Below, one piece after another: positions 14,129-26,290 of a stretch of 64,000 nt of DNA. How positions within the stretch are numbered: the first letter of the stretch is position 1; each line of letters starts with the position of its first letter. Source of the stretch: Camelus ferus (taxonomy: Eukaryota); contig NC_045696.1 in the NCBI RefSeq assembly GCF_009834535.1, positions 107,572,001-107,636,000 on the forward strand. The letters are read 5' to 3'. A model generated the notes under the pieces. The model had not been told where the DNA came from. It saw nothing but the letters and a program-made list of their open reading frames with translations, and did not search any database. The translations under genes and the position numbers were made by a program.

Positions 14129-15696
14129 TTAATGCACTTTAAATAACACTGGTCATCTTGAAATAATTCACTGAAAGATTTGGATTTAGTTAGCAAATAA
14201 GAGAGTTTCAACTTTTTGGGTCTACATTTAAACATTTTTGCCTCTCAGAAGCCTTCCTGGACCTGTTCTGTTCCCCTCCATCATTTTCCATGCTTCTGTG
14301 TTCCCCATACTGCCCTGTAATAACATATAACACTCTTTAAGGTAATATTTATTTTAATCATCTTTCTGTAAGCTGTGGTCTCTAGTCTTAAGTTCTTGTT
14401 CACAGTCTAATCAAGGATACAGTGTGACTCTTCAGTAACTCCTTTCAGCTGTCCCTTTCTCTCATAGGCTTTTCCCCCCAATCTCTAGGAGTTATTCTGT
14501 TTTGGAAAATGTAATTTTTTTAGCCAAACATTAGTGACAAAATTGGTTGAGACATGAATTTATTGTGTTCTGCAATTTAAATAGCAGACTTTCCTGGCGC
14601 TCGTAATTATTTCTCACTGTACAGCTCTCATGAGATTTCTTGTATAAAAGAGATAATTGTCTGTATCAAAACATACATATTAGCCACAGATTATTCTCTG
14701 AAATTTGTATTGCAGTATTTTAATTTAGTCTTCTTCCTTACTGAGAAAGCATCTATAAAGGCAGTACACAAAACATTTAATTAAAATTCACTAGAGATAA
14801 ATTTCATTTTGTTGTAAGCAGAAAATAATTTGAATTCCATCTGCCAAGAAAGTAATTCAAAACAAAATCTTAAGTCCTGATATTAAATTAAAGGCACACT
14901 AACTGTGAAGGTCAGTAAATTAGATAAGTTTTCATAGAAGTGAATATAATTATTCTTTTATGCTGTAAAAAAGAGCTACAACAAAGGATTAATTGCCCCA
15001 GAATTATTCTTTTCTGGTTTTTTCTTTCTGTCTTTCTTTGAGTTTGCAAGTAAAGTATATTGGGACTTCATTTGTAGTTATTCATTTCAAGGCCCCTGTA
15101 TTAGAACTATGGAAGTTATTAGGTCATCATATGATTGTCTTTATACTTCTCCTCATGTCTTACTAACTTTTTTGCCCACTACTTTAATCTTTGCTTTGGA
15201 AACTTCAAAAACACCTGCAACTAAACATTATCTTTCTAAATGTAGTGGGGCCATTGGAAATAGAGATTAAGGAGTTAAAAAGAAATTTAATATGAAAACC
15301 AAAGATTGGAGGACTCTTAAACGTATGAAAAAAAATCTGTATATCAAAAGATACAATCAAATCAGGGACTATTTAGAAATAAACTCTGCATTTTTATTTT
15401 ATACTTCATCTGCTTAAATAGAATGTTAGTTCCTAGTAGGCAGGAAAGCCATATCTGGTAATAAGAGGATATGCTACAAATCATAGAAGAACTGAAACTT
15501 CATTGGAGCTTGGAAGAATAATCATTGTAGGTAATTAGAGTAGAATGAGGGCACTGTATGCATAAGGATGACCACAGACATGTAGTCTGTGCCTTGAGCT
15601 GTTTGGACTAAAGAAGAACTCATTCATGAGCCAGACTCCAAGAAGATTGGTCATGGCTAGATTGGTAAGGGCCTTTAATAATAATAACAACTAATA

Positions 15697-16181
15697 ATAT
15701 TGATTATCTTTTGCCATGTAACAAATTACCCTAAAACTTGGTACATAAACATTATCTTATAGTTTCTATGGATCAGGAATTTGGAAGTAGTCTAGCTAGG
15801 TGGTTCTGGCTTAAGTTCTCTCATCAAATTGCGTCAAGACCTTGATTGAGGCTGGAGTCATTTGAAGGCGTGACTGTGGTTGGAGGATCTACTTCTAATG
15901 TGGCTTACTCACATGGTTGGTGGCAGAGTTCTCTATAGGGCAGCTAGAATGTCCTCAAGACATGGCAGTTGGCCTTCCTTAAAAAGTGATTCAAGAAAGA
16001 GAACAAAGCAGAAGTCACTGCATCTTTTTTGACTTAGCCTCCAAGAGCCAAAATTCATCATCTTTACTGCATTATATTTGTTAGAAACAAGTTACTAAGT
16101 ACATCCACATTAAAGAAAAGAGGCACTTGTCTCCAAAGGGAATATTAACAGAGAATTTGTGGACATTTTAAAACCAGCACA
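15697..16181. mobile_element. MLT1 (G/H-like) solo LTR
   Basis: tgtaacaaattaccctaaaactt...gtttctatggatcaggaattt...ggaggatctacttctaatgtggcttactcacatgg...ttaaaaccagcaca. Confidence 0.75.
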
Positions 16182-17109
16182 AAGGAATTCTAATTTTACT
16201 GTATAGACCAATTATACATAATATAATTACATGTAGAGAATGATTAATCTAGTAGGGTGCAACTGTACTTCAATATTTTAAAAAACCTAGTAGGGTGGTA
16301 TCAGCAGGCAAAGTGTATTAGAGCTCCTGAACTCAAATAGCAAAAAAATCACCTAGTAGACGAGGACTGGGATGCCAGGAAGACAAGTTGTATCAAAACA
16401 TTGAGAGTGCATACAGAGAGGAACCGTGTTCAAAAAACATGAGCTTTTGAGAGTCTTGTAAGTGAGACAAAAAGGCATTAGAAATTAAGCTTAGACATAG
16501 AAACGACTATAAAAAAAGATTTTGAACAAGGTTTTCCTACTGAAATAAAGCTAAGCCTTTATATTCTCTAGCCTTGGGATTAGCCATCTATAATCTCAAT
16601 ACTAATGGTAATGATAATACCAATGGTAATGAATGGATGATTGAGCTATGTATTATGCAGTTACCATACTTAGTAGTCACTGTAGTTTTAATCAGAATGC
16701 CATATCTATTCATTTTGTCCTTAACTTACTTCCCTGAAATTGTGCAATAAAAACCTCAGCCTAGGTTTGTTTTATGTTTTTGTTTTTAGGGTTGGGTTTT
16801 ACAAGGGTAATGCAGCAGAGAATAAGTGTAATAGATCTCTGGGAGATGACTACTTGGTAGGACTGACAGAACTAAAATGATATGATTTGGGTGTTTTGTG
16901 GTGGTGGTTTGTTTTTAGAGGGGCGCTATTTTATTTTGTTTTATTTTTGCTGTTATCATTTGTTTTTATTTGGACAGCCCAGTGGAAGACAAAGTATATG
17001 AACTTGCAGTTGACAGAGGTGGAAATTTATATAAAATAGTAGAACAATATGAAGTACTAGGCAAGGATGTGAAATGCTATATGGAGAAATTTGTTAATGT
17101 AGGTGAAGA

Positions 17110-17860
17110 TGCATATTCCTTCTCACCCAGTAAATTTCACTTCTAGGTATAAAAGCAGTGTTTCACAGACTTTTGACCATGTCCTACATCAAATACACAG
17201 AAATTCCAAGAAAAAATATTTGCCTACTCCATGTGAAGCATTTTAGTGTTTTCTATCCTGAATACTTTTATGTTTTTGTTGCCACTCTTTAAATTTATTC
17301 CATAATGTACTGATACATAGTGATGCACTGTTTGAAAAACAGTGCCCTGGGGAAACTCTTACACATGTGCACAAGGAGACATATACAAGAATGTTCACAG
17401 CATTCACTGTTAATAAAAGCAAAAACCTGAAAACAACCTAAATGTCTGCCAGTGAAAGAATGTATAAGTAATTTGTAGTTTATAGAAAGGAACACTGAAC
17501 GTCAGTTAAAGTTAATATATTGGAACTAGAGCTATATGAATCAGTATGTATAAATTGCAAAACATGGTTTGTGGAAAAAGCAAGTTGGAGAGGATACCTG
17601 CAAGGTAATAAATGTATATAAACTTTCAAAATATGTAAAGCTATACATACGAAGTTAAAGCATAAAGATGCAGCTGTAAATGATAGTCATTGAAACAAGG
17701 ATAGTCATTTACTCTTAGAGAGGAAGATGTATTAGTAAGTGGTATATAGAAAGGTTCAACTCTAATACTTCTTTTTTTAACTGAGCAGTAGATACATATA
17801 TATTCTTTATACTGTCTATAACTTTTTTATGTCTGAAATTTTTCTTATTTAGAAAAAAAT
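17110..17860 (+). mobile_element. Old L1 (L1ME-like) 3' end interrupted by a hAT-Charlie-like MITE at about 17156-17344
   Basis: L1 motifs acatatacaagaatgttcacagca...aaacaacctaaatgtc. The insert is bounded by imperfect inverted termini cagtgtttcacagac / gtttgaaaaacagtg. Confidence 0.6.
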
Positions 17861-17999
17861 GTCCTTGGGCCATTCACATTCAGTATTTTAAAGGTCAAGT
17901 AACATTCTTTCACAGATGTTGTAAACCTGCTTTTTATATTGTATTATCTGTGTATGTCTAGATTAATGACAAAAGATGTAACAGTGAACATTTATGGGA

Positions 18000-18195
18000 A
18001 GTTTAGTAGGTATCACACATAATTCTGAGTATTTTATTTTTATTAAGTGAGTTTATTCTCACAGTAACTGTGAGCTCTAGATACAGTTAAGAGGGAAGTA
18101 ACTTGCCTAACGCCACACAGCTAGAAAACAGCAGAGCCAGGATTTGAACTTAGGAGGTCTAACTCCAAAGTCTGTATCATTAGCCTCTGTGCTGT
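18000..18195. mobile_element. MIR SINE
   Basis: aagtaacttgcctaacgccacacagctag...cagagccaggatttgaacttagg...tctaactccaaagtc. Confidence 0.75.
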
Positions 18196-19345
18196 AGAAT
18201 CTCTCCATGAGAAAAAGATACTTAAAAAAAAAAGTAGGATAACCAAAGACAGTAATTGATAGTATGGTTTTGAAAGAGAAAGTTTCTCACGTTTTTATTC
18301 TTTAAGCAATGACAGGGACTTAGAAGGAACTAAGATTTCTTACAGCAGAGAATTAAATATTAGAATGCCAGCTCCCATTTTATCACAAAAGAGAAGCTAA
18401 GAAAATCTCCTTGACGGATGATTGCCTTGTGGAAATTGGAGAATTAAAAATCACCTAAAATTTTAACTTATTCATGTATGATAAATCAGAAGCTTTTAAG
18501 ATTGATCTACAAGAGAAAGTTAGGATTTACCTTATTACAGAATTTTTTTAGCAGAGTTAATAACCTATGAAAAGGTAAGTTAAAGACATTAACATTGTAT
18601 TTGTTCATAGTTCACAGATTTTAGAGCAGAAATAATCCCAGGAGGGTTATAGTAGATGCTTATGGAGAGGTGAAAAGCCATATGGGCACCGAGCCAGAAA
18701 CCTGACTTTTGGGGTTGGTTCTGCTACCAGTTCATATAGTTTAGTCACCAAGATTGTTTCATTATGACTATATGTGAATTATTCTTTCCCCAGGGCAATT
18801 GCTTCAAGGTCTTGGACATAACTTCTATACATTTTCAAATAATACAGGCTTCTACAGTTTTGCCTCATAGATACTAATGTGTGTCTTGTTCATAAAAATT
18901 CTTTTCTTTTAATTCTTTAGATGTGTACTAGCTTAGAATGAGTCACAGTTATTTAGAGAAACAATTTTTTAATTCTACATTCTTCCATATTTGGATATGG
19001 ATACTCTGGTTTCCTCAGAAGTTTTAGCATGTTTATTGATCTCATAATAATTGTGAGGCTTTCAGAACGCTCTAAATGACATTTTCTAGTCCAATGAAAA
19101 TAGAGCAGTTGAATCAAAATAAGATGATTTCCAGAAGCATTGTTTTCCAGCTTGGTATTGGTAGTTTTTATTTTTTAGAAGCCATGTAAAAAATTGAAGA
19201 TAATTCACGTTGGAGACCTTTGAGAGTGCAGATATAAATATAATATTTTGACAATATTATTATGTATTGCTTGCTGCAAATCTGTATGAAGTACATTCTA
19301 GTTCTGAATATTAATCAGAGGTCTGTCTTTTTTTGACTCCTCTAG

Positions 19346-19469
19346 TGATGCTATTGCTGAGATTAGAGCCATTTGTATTGAAGAAATTGGAGTATGGATG
19401 AAAATGTATAGTGATGCCTTTCTAAATGACAGTTATCTAAAATACGTTGGCTGGACTCTTCATGACAGG
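19346..19469 (+). CDS. STAG1: STAG1 coding exon (approx. exon 10), 124 nt, stromalin conservative domain region
   Basis: Acceptor gactcctctAG, donor AGG|gtaagt. Translates (R)[41 protein letters not shown]. Confidence 0.97.
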
Positions 19470-21949
19470 GTAAGTTACTCTGTTCTAGGCTTTGATAGAA
19501 GATATGCTTGTCTTAATCTTAATATTAGTAATTAAGATGGCCATAGTTGGTTTTTCTCAAAAGTTGTAATAATATGGGAATTTAAGATGATACAGCTGAA
19601 TACTCTTTACTTGTGGCCATGATGAAACTTAAGACATCAACCCATGTGCGAAGACCCTGTCTTACTTAGTTGTAATGGTCTTAGACCAAGATTGGCAATC
19701 TGGTACATCTAAATGTTAGGCGATTGTAGTATCCCAAGAAGCTAATTATAATCTTTTCCTAGTTTGGAATCAAAAGAGATTCCTTGTTTCTCTTAATATA
19801 TTAAAACTAAACTTTTTTGTTTTAAATTCTCTAAGGTCATATGACAGTAGAGTGTTTTGTAAGAGTTGAATGTTTTGTTGGATTCTAGGATATTTGATCT
19901 GAAAATCTGTTTACACTTCCATCCTTTTAGAAGAGGCTCTTACTTTAAAAGGAAGTATACATTATCGAGTCCTGAATATGTAATCCTTTAAATAACCAAG
20001 GGTAGGAATGATAACATATTGGAATTTTTATATTGAATGACCCAACATTCTATACTCGAATTGCCAGATGTTCACACACACAAAAAGAAATCTTACAACA
20101 ATTTCTTTTGGGTTGTTATATTCCATTATTTGAATTGTTAAAAGAATTGTAGCTATTAGAAGACATTTTATCTTTCTAAATGCAATTATATTCTTAGACT
20201 TTTAAGGTAGTTTTGGTCTAAGACTTATTTTCTATATGTTACCATTATCAGCCTGTAGAGCATTTACTTTTTAAATAGCAGTAGGCTAAGTATTATCAAA
20301 GATGTTTAGATAACTACACAATCACATAAGTTACAATAAGGTCCTAAGGGAATTTTACAGGCCATTTTTACTATAAGAGAGTGTTCAGAGTGTAGGAGGA
20401 TCATCACAAGTTGTTTGGTCAACTTCGCGATTACTTATTTTTAATTGATGATTAAAGAAGGTTCCTGTTTCCCACCTCATTTGAAGGCAAATCAAGTTAG
20501 CATGTACATAGTGAATTTTTTCCTGAATATTTATCTTCCCTAGCAATTCATAACCTTTTCTCTACACTAATAAATCCCAAGCTTGATATTGTTTTCTTTC
20601 TCTAATCCTCTAGCCTTTACATCTAGCCTCATCTCAGATATGTCCAATTATATTTTACTACAGTATAAAAGAATGTAGAATTTTACCTTGTGCCCTCGTG
20701 CATGTGAATACACACTACTAAATCCAACAAGGCAAACTTCTTGGAATAAGTTTAAAGTCCTTCATTTTTATTCCCCACCACTACCATATCAGTTTTCCTC
20801 CTCTCCCCACCTCCCTAATAGAGTATTGTACTAAATTTAAATAAGAAAAACAGTTACCAGTTTTAATAGAACTTATGTATGTCCACAAATTCTGGAAAAA
20901 CACTGATTTGATGTGGCTTGCCAGAAAATAAACAACCATAATTTAAAAATAAGTCACTAAACTGTGTGTTTGTTGAAATCCTCTGTCCAGATAAAGGAGA
21001 TAGATTTCTCTTGTATGTTGTTGATAAAATGATTTAAAGAGTACTGTTTTCATTAGAATAATTTTATAAATCTCTCCTATCACCTCCAATTACTTTATGT
21101 AGAAAAGGCTGTAAGTATTAAATATTTCTTTCTAAACTTTCTTTTTTGTCATTCCCACTCTAATCATCTTGTACTTTTTTCCTCTGAGGACAAGTGATTT
21201 CCTTTCTTTCCTTTTAATCACCTAGTTGAAATTGCTCCTTGTATAGGCTATGGACTCTGTCTTCATACTCATCCTGTGCCGTTTCAAGTAATAAAACTTC
21301 TTATGTCTTTTTTTAATATTACATTTTAATTATCAATTTCATTTTTCCAGCTTTACTGAGATATAATTGACATTTAATATTTTATTAAGATGTACAGTAT
21401 AATGATTTAATATTCTTTTTGTCTTGATTTTAGATTATTAGAAGTTATAACCTAGTCTACCCTCCTAAAAATAAGAAACTTTTTTTAATACTGCCAATTT
21501 GTGTAAGTTTTAAAGTATAAGTTTTTGGTCTCTAGAAAGGCAAACAGTCTCTAACAACTAAAGGAGTTATTAGAAATTCAGTTTCTAAATTTCTACTCAT
21601 CGGTTTTAACTGACATTGAGGTTGAAACAGAATATGTCTAATTTAAATATAGCTTTAGTAATCTCTATACATGGGCCAAGTATCTTAATCCCTTTTGGTG
21701 TTTATGCTCATGACACCGGATTACCTTCCTCTGTCCTTTCCAGTTTGTAAATATGACTCTGTACTGTTCTTGCTTTTAGCTTACGTGTACAGTTCTACTT
21801 TCTTGCATATGCTTGATTCCTTATATCACAGTCTCTGCAGTGCTTGCAAGGGATTTATTTTCAGTCAGTCCATCCCATTTCCTTATCTTTATGTTCACTC
21901 ATCCCACACTCTGTTTCTCTTAATTTCACCAAAAACCTTCTTTTAGTTC

Positions 21950-22530
21950 TGTATATGTCAGGCAAATGATCTGTTGTTGCCTGTCACCAGAAGTAGAAGT
22001 TTGAACACTTATGCCCACTGCATATTGATTACCAAGGAAAACATAAAACATTCAAGCACTGGATGGAACAATGCTTTACTCACATGGAGAAGGGACAGAG
22101 CAATGTCAGCTTCAGTAGTGTCAGTCTCCCATGGTCCAGTAGTCAACACAGAGCAGTTACCCTGCATGTACTCATCTTGTGCCACAGAACTAAGAACCTT
22201 ATTCCTTCCTCTCAGGGAACAGATTTAGTAGAGGGGTTGGCCAGGTGCTGTATGATGCACACACTTAAGCAGAACAAAGAAGACTCATTGAGTCTAAAAC
22301 AGGAATGATACTTCCATACAAGGTGATAAACCCAGCACAGGCTATGACGACTCTTATCCCTTGATAAGAAAATGCTCCAGGCCAAAGGCCTTTTCTTATG
22401 CAGCCCAGTAACGGTCAAAAGACTGTATATAGGAGACTACCTTTCCTAAGAATCTGTGCCTCACTCCTACTCAGCCACTGACATGGCAGATAAAGCATAT
22501 CAATTAGTCCTTTGCAAAATCATGCTACTT
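21950..22530 (-). mobile_element. Probable continuation of the ERVL/MaLR internal remnant left of the L1
   Basis: GC level and sequence style match 26290-27030, which lies on the other side of the L1 insertion. No clean diagnostic motif was found. Confidence 0.4.
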
Positions 22531-25500
22531 TAAAAAAAAATGACTCAATGAAGAAATCCAAGAGGAAATCAAAAAACACCTCAAGATGAATGAAAATGAA
22601 AATACATGTTGCCAGAATCTATTTGATGCAGCAAAGCAGCTCTCAGAGGGAAGTTAATAGCAATACAGGCCTACCTCAAGAAACAAGAAAAATAACAAGT
22701 AATCAGTCTTACCTGCCAGCTAAAGGAATTACAACAAGGCCCAAAGTCAGTAGGAGGAAGGAAATAATAAAAAATCACAAAGAAAATATATATAAAACAG
22801 AGACCAAAAAAAAAAAAAAATAGAAAAGGTAAATGAAGCCAAGATCTGGGTTTTTGCAAGAATAAAAAAAATTGATAAGCCTTTAGCCAGGCTCATTAAG
22901 AAGAAAAGAGAGAGGCCCACATAAACAGAATAAGAAATGAAAGAGTATTGGCTGAGGAGCCAGTGGGGTGAAGCTACCATCTGTGAGATTATGACTGGAC
23001 ACCTCTAAGTCAGAATTGCACCCAGGTTACGTTACGTTGGCCTCAGATAGGATTTTGGCCTCAGATAGCTGGTCTCGCACCATTCTTGCCCGTGGGTTGC
23101 CATGCATGTCCTGCCAGTGTCGAGACCAGGGTCCCATGTGGAGAGCCCTTAGTCCTGGGACACCAGGTGCAGCCAGAAAGGCTGCTGTCCCCTCACCCAT
23201 CATGCATTTGTGGGGAACGTGGTGCTAAATCATTTATAAACCAGCTCCTTTAGAGGTCAAGGTTTTGTACATAGCAGAGTAGCTCCCTCGTTGTGATCTA
23301 TTGAAAGTCAGCCCTTGACAGAAAGAAAGAAAGAAAAAACAGAAAACAGAAAAGGGAAATGAAAGAGGAGTAATTACAACTAATATCACAGAGATACAAA
23401 AATATCTTAAGAGAATAGTATAAACTGTTACAGGCCAACAAAATGGACAACCTAGGAAAAATGGGTAAAGTTCTAGAAACAGTCTTCCAGTTGAATCAGG
23501 AAGAAATAGACAATCGGGAAAGACCAGTCACTGCTAGTAAAATTCAGTTAGTAATCAAAAAACTGTCAGCAAATAAATGTCTAGGACCCATGGCTTCACA
23601 GGGGAATTCTACCAAACAAATAAAGATTACTTACCCTTCTGACACTGCTGGAAAAAATTGAGGAGAAAACTCCCAAATTCATTCTGAGGCCATCATTACC
23701 CTGATAATCAGACAAGAGACATTACAAAAAAGGAAAATTGCAAACCAATATCTCTGATGAATACAGATGCAGAAATCCTCAACAAAATATTAGCAAACCA
23801 AATTCAACAACTTATAAAAAGGATCACATACCATGATCAACTGGGATTTATTCAGGGACACAAGGATGGTTCAATATCTGCACATTAGTCAGTGTGATAC
23901 CATATTAACAAAAGGAAAAATATAATAACATGATAATTTCAATAGACAGAGAAAAAGCATTTAACAAAATTCAACATCCATTCCTGATAAAAACTCTCAT
24001 CAAAGTTGATATTGAAGAAACATATGTTCACATAATAAAGGCCATTTATGACAAAACCATAGCTGACATCATACTCAGTGGTGAAAAACTGAACTTTTCC
24101 TCTAAAATCAGCAACAAGACAAGAATGTCTACTCTTGCCCCTTTTACATAACGTAGTATTGGAAATCCTAGCCAAAGCAGTCAAACAAGGGGAAAAAAAG
24201 GCATCTAATTGGAAAAGAAATAAAACTTACTATTTACAGATGATAAGATACTATATATAAAAAAACCCTAAGATCTCCACCAAAATACTATTAGAACTAA
24301 TGAATGAATCCAGTAAAGTTACAGGACACAAGATTAATATACAGAAACCTGTTGCCTCTCTATGTACTAGTAATGAAGTATCAGGAAGAGAAAGGAAGAA
24401 AACAATTCCATTTAAAACTGCATCAAAAAGAATACAATACTTAGGAATAAATTTATGATTAGTTAGCAAGGAGATAAAAGACCTATACTCCAAAAATTAT
24501 AAAACATTGATGAAGGAATTTGAAGATGATACAAAGAAAGATATTCTGTGTTCTTGGATTTGGAAGAATTAATATTATTAAAATGTCCATACTACTCAAA
24601 GCAATCTACAGGTTTAATGCAATTCCTGTCATAAAAAAACCCATGACATGTTTCACGTAACTAGAACAAATAATCCTAAGATGTATATGGAGCCACTAAA
24701 GACCCTGAATAGTCAAAGCAATCTTTAGAAAAAAAGAACAAAGCTGAAAGTATCATGCTCCTTGACTTTAGACTAGGCTACGAAGCTAGAGCAATCAAAA
24801 TAGTATGGTACTGGCACAAAAACAGATACATAGATCAGTGGAACTGAATAGACAGCCCAGAAATAAACCCATGCACATATAGTCAATTAGTCTACAACAA
24901 AAGCAAGCATGTACAGTGGGAAAGAGACAGTCTCTTCCATAAGTGGTGTTGGGAAAACTGTACAGCTAAATGTAAATGAATGAAATTAGAATGCTTCCTC
25001 ACACCATATACAAAAATAAAATCAAAATGGGTCAAAGACCCAAATGTAAGAACAGAAACCATAAAACTCATAGAAGGAAACACAGGTAGAACAGTCTTTG
25101 ACATAAATCATAGCAATATTTTTTGATCTGTCTCCTAAGGCAAAGGAAACAAAAGCAAAAATCAGCAAATGGGACTTGATTAAACTTAAAAGCTTTTTCA
25201 CAGCAAAGGAAATCATCAACAAAATGAAAAGGTAGTCTACTGAATGGGAGAAAATATTTACAAACTACCTATCTAATAAGGGGTTAATATTCAAAATATA
25301 TTAACAGTTCATACAGCTCAATATAAAAAAAAAATAATCTGATTTTAAAATGAGCAGAAGACCTGAATAAACATTTTTCCAAAGAAGTCTTACAGATGGC
25401 AGATAGGCTCATGAAAAGAAGCTCAGCATTGCTAAACATCAGGGAAATGCAGATCAAAACCACAATGAGATATCACTCTACACCTGTCTGAATGGCTGTC

Positions 25501-26290
25501 ATCAAAAACAGCAAAGGTAACAAATGTTGGCAAGGATGTGAAGGAAAGGGAATCTTCGTACACTGTTGGTGGGAATGTAAATTGATGCAGCCACTGTGGA
25601 GAACAGTATGGTGTTTCCTCAAAAACATAAAAATAGAATACAATATGATCCAGCAATTCTACTCCTTAGTATATGTCCAAAGAAAACGAAAACACTAATT
25701 TGATAAGATAAGTGCACTCCAGTGGTCATAGCAGCATTATTTACAATAGCCGAAGTATGGAAGCAACCTAAGTGTTCAAGAGATGAGTGGATAAAGTGTA
25801 TATATATATATATATATATATGAGTGTATATATACATATGAGCGTGCGCACACACACACACACACACTGGAATACTGCTCAGATATTAAAAAAAATGATA
25901 AAATGTTGCCTTTTACAACAACATAGATGGACCTGCTGGAGGGTAATATACTTAGAGAAATAAATCGGAGAAAAACAAGTGTTGTATGTTATCACCTATA
26001 TATCTAAAAAATGAAATGAATGAGACATAACCAACAGACTTAGAGAGAACAAACTAGTGGTTACCTTTAGGGAGCAGGAGTAGGGAGGGGCAGGAGGTGG
26101 TAGGGGATCAAGAGGTACAAACTACTATGTATAAAATAAATAAGCTAAAGGGTTATAGTATACAACACAGAATATAGCCAATATTTTATAACTTTAAAGT
26201 ATAAATCTGAAAATACTGAGTCAGTATTTTGTACACTTGAAACTAATATTGTAAATCAACTATACTTCAATAAAAAATTAAAACAAAAAT
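22531..26290 (+). mobile_element. 5'-truncated L1 (most of ORF2 plus 3' UTR), frameshifted, sense to STAG1
   Basis: ORF2 peptides [23 protein letters not shown] (RT) and KCWQGCEGKGIFVHCWWECKLMQPLW (C-terminal). 3' UTR ends with AATAAA at 26269-26274 and an A-rich tail. (TA)n/(CA)n at about 25799-25867. Confidence 0.95.
22946..23355 (+). pseudogene. Retroposed 3'-terminal 28S rRNA fragment (SINE28-like) with A-rich tail
   Basis: ttggctgaggagccagtggggtgaagctaccatctgtgagattatgactggacacctctaagtcagaat ... agcagagtagctccctcgttgtgatctattgaaagtcagcccttgaca matches the mammalian 28S 3' end as recalled. (GAAA)n tail at 23321-23355. TSD gaaatgaaagag at 22934-22945 and 23356-23367. Confidence 0.93.

Noticed and set aside
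22946..23320. Functional rRNA gene
   Set aside because: It is only a diverged 3' fragment with a tail and TSD, with no 18S/5.8S or spacer context.
22531..26290. Active L1
   Set aside because: It lacks the 5' UTR and ORF1, and ORF2 is broken by frameshifts, stops and an insertion.
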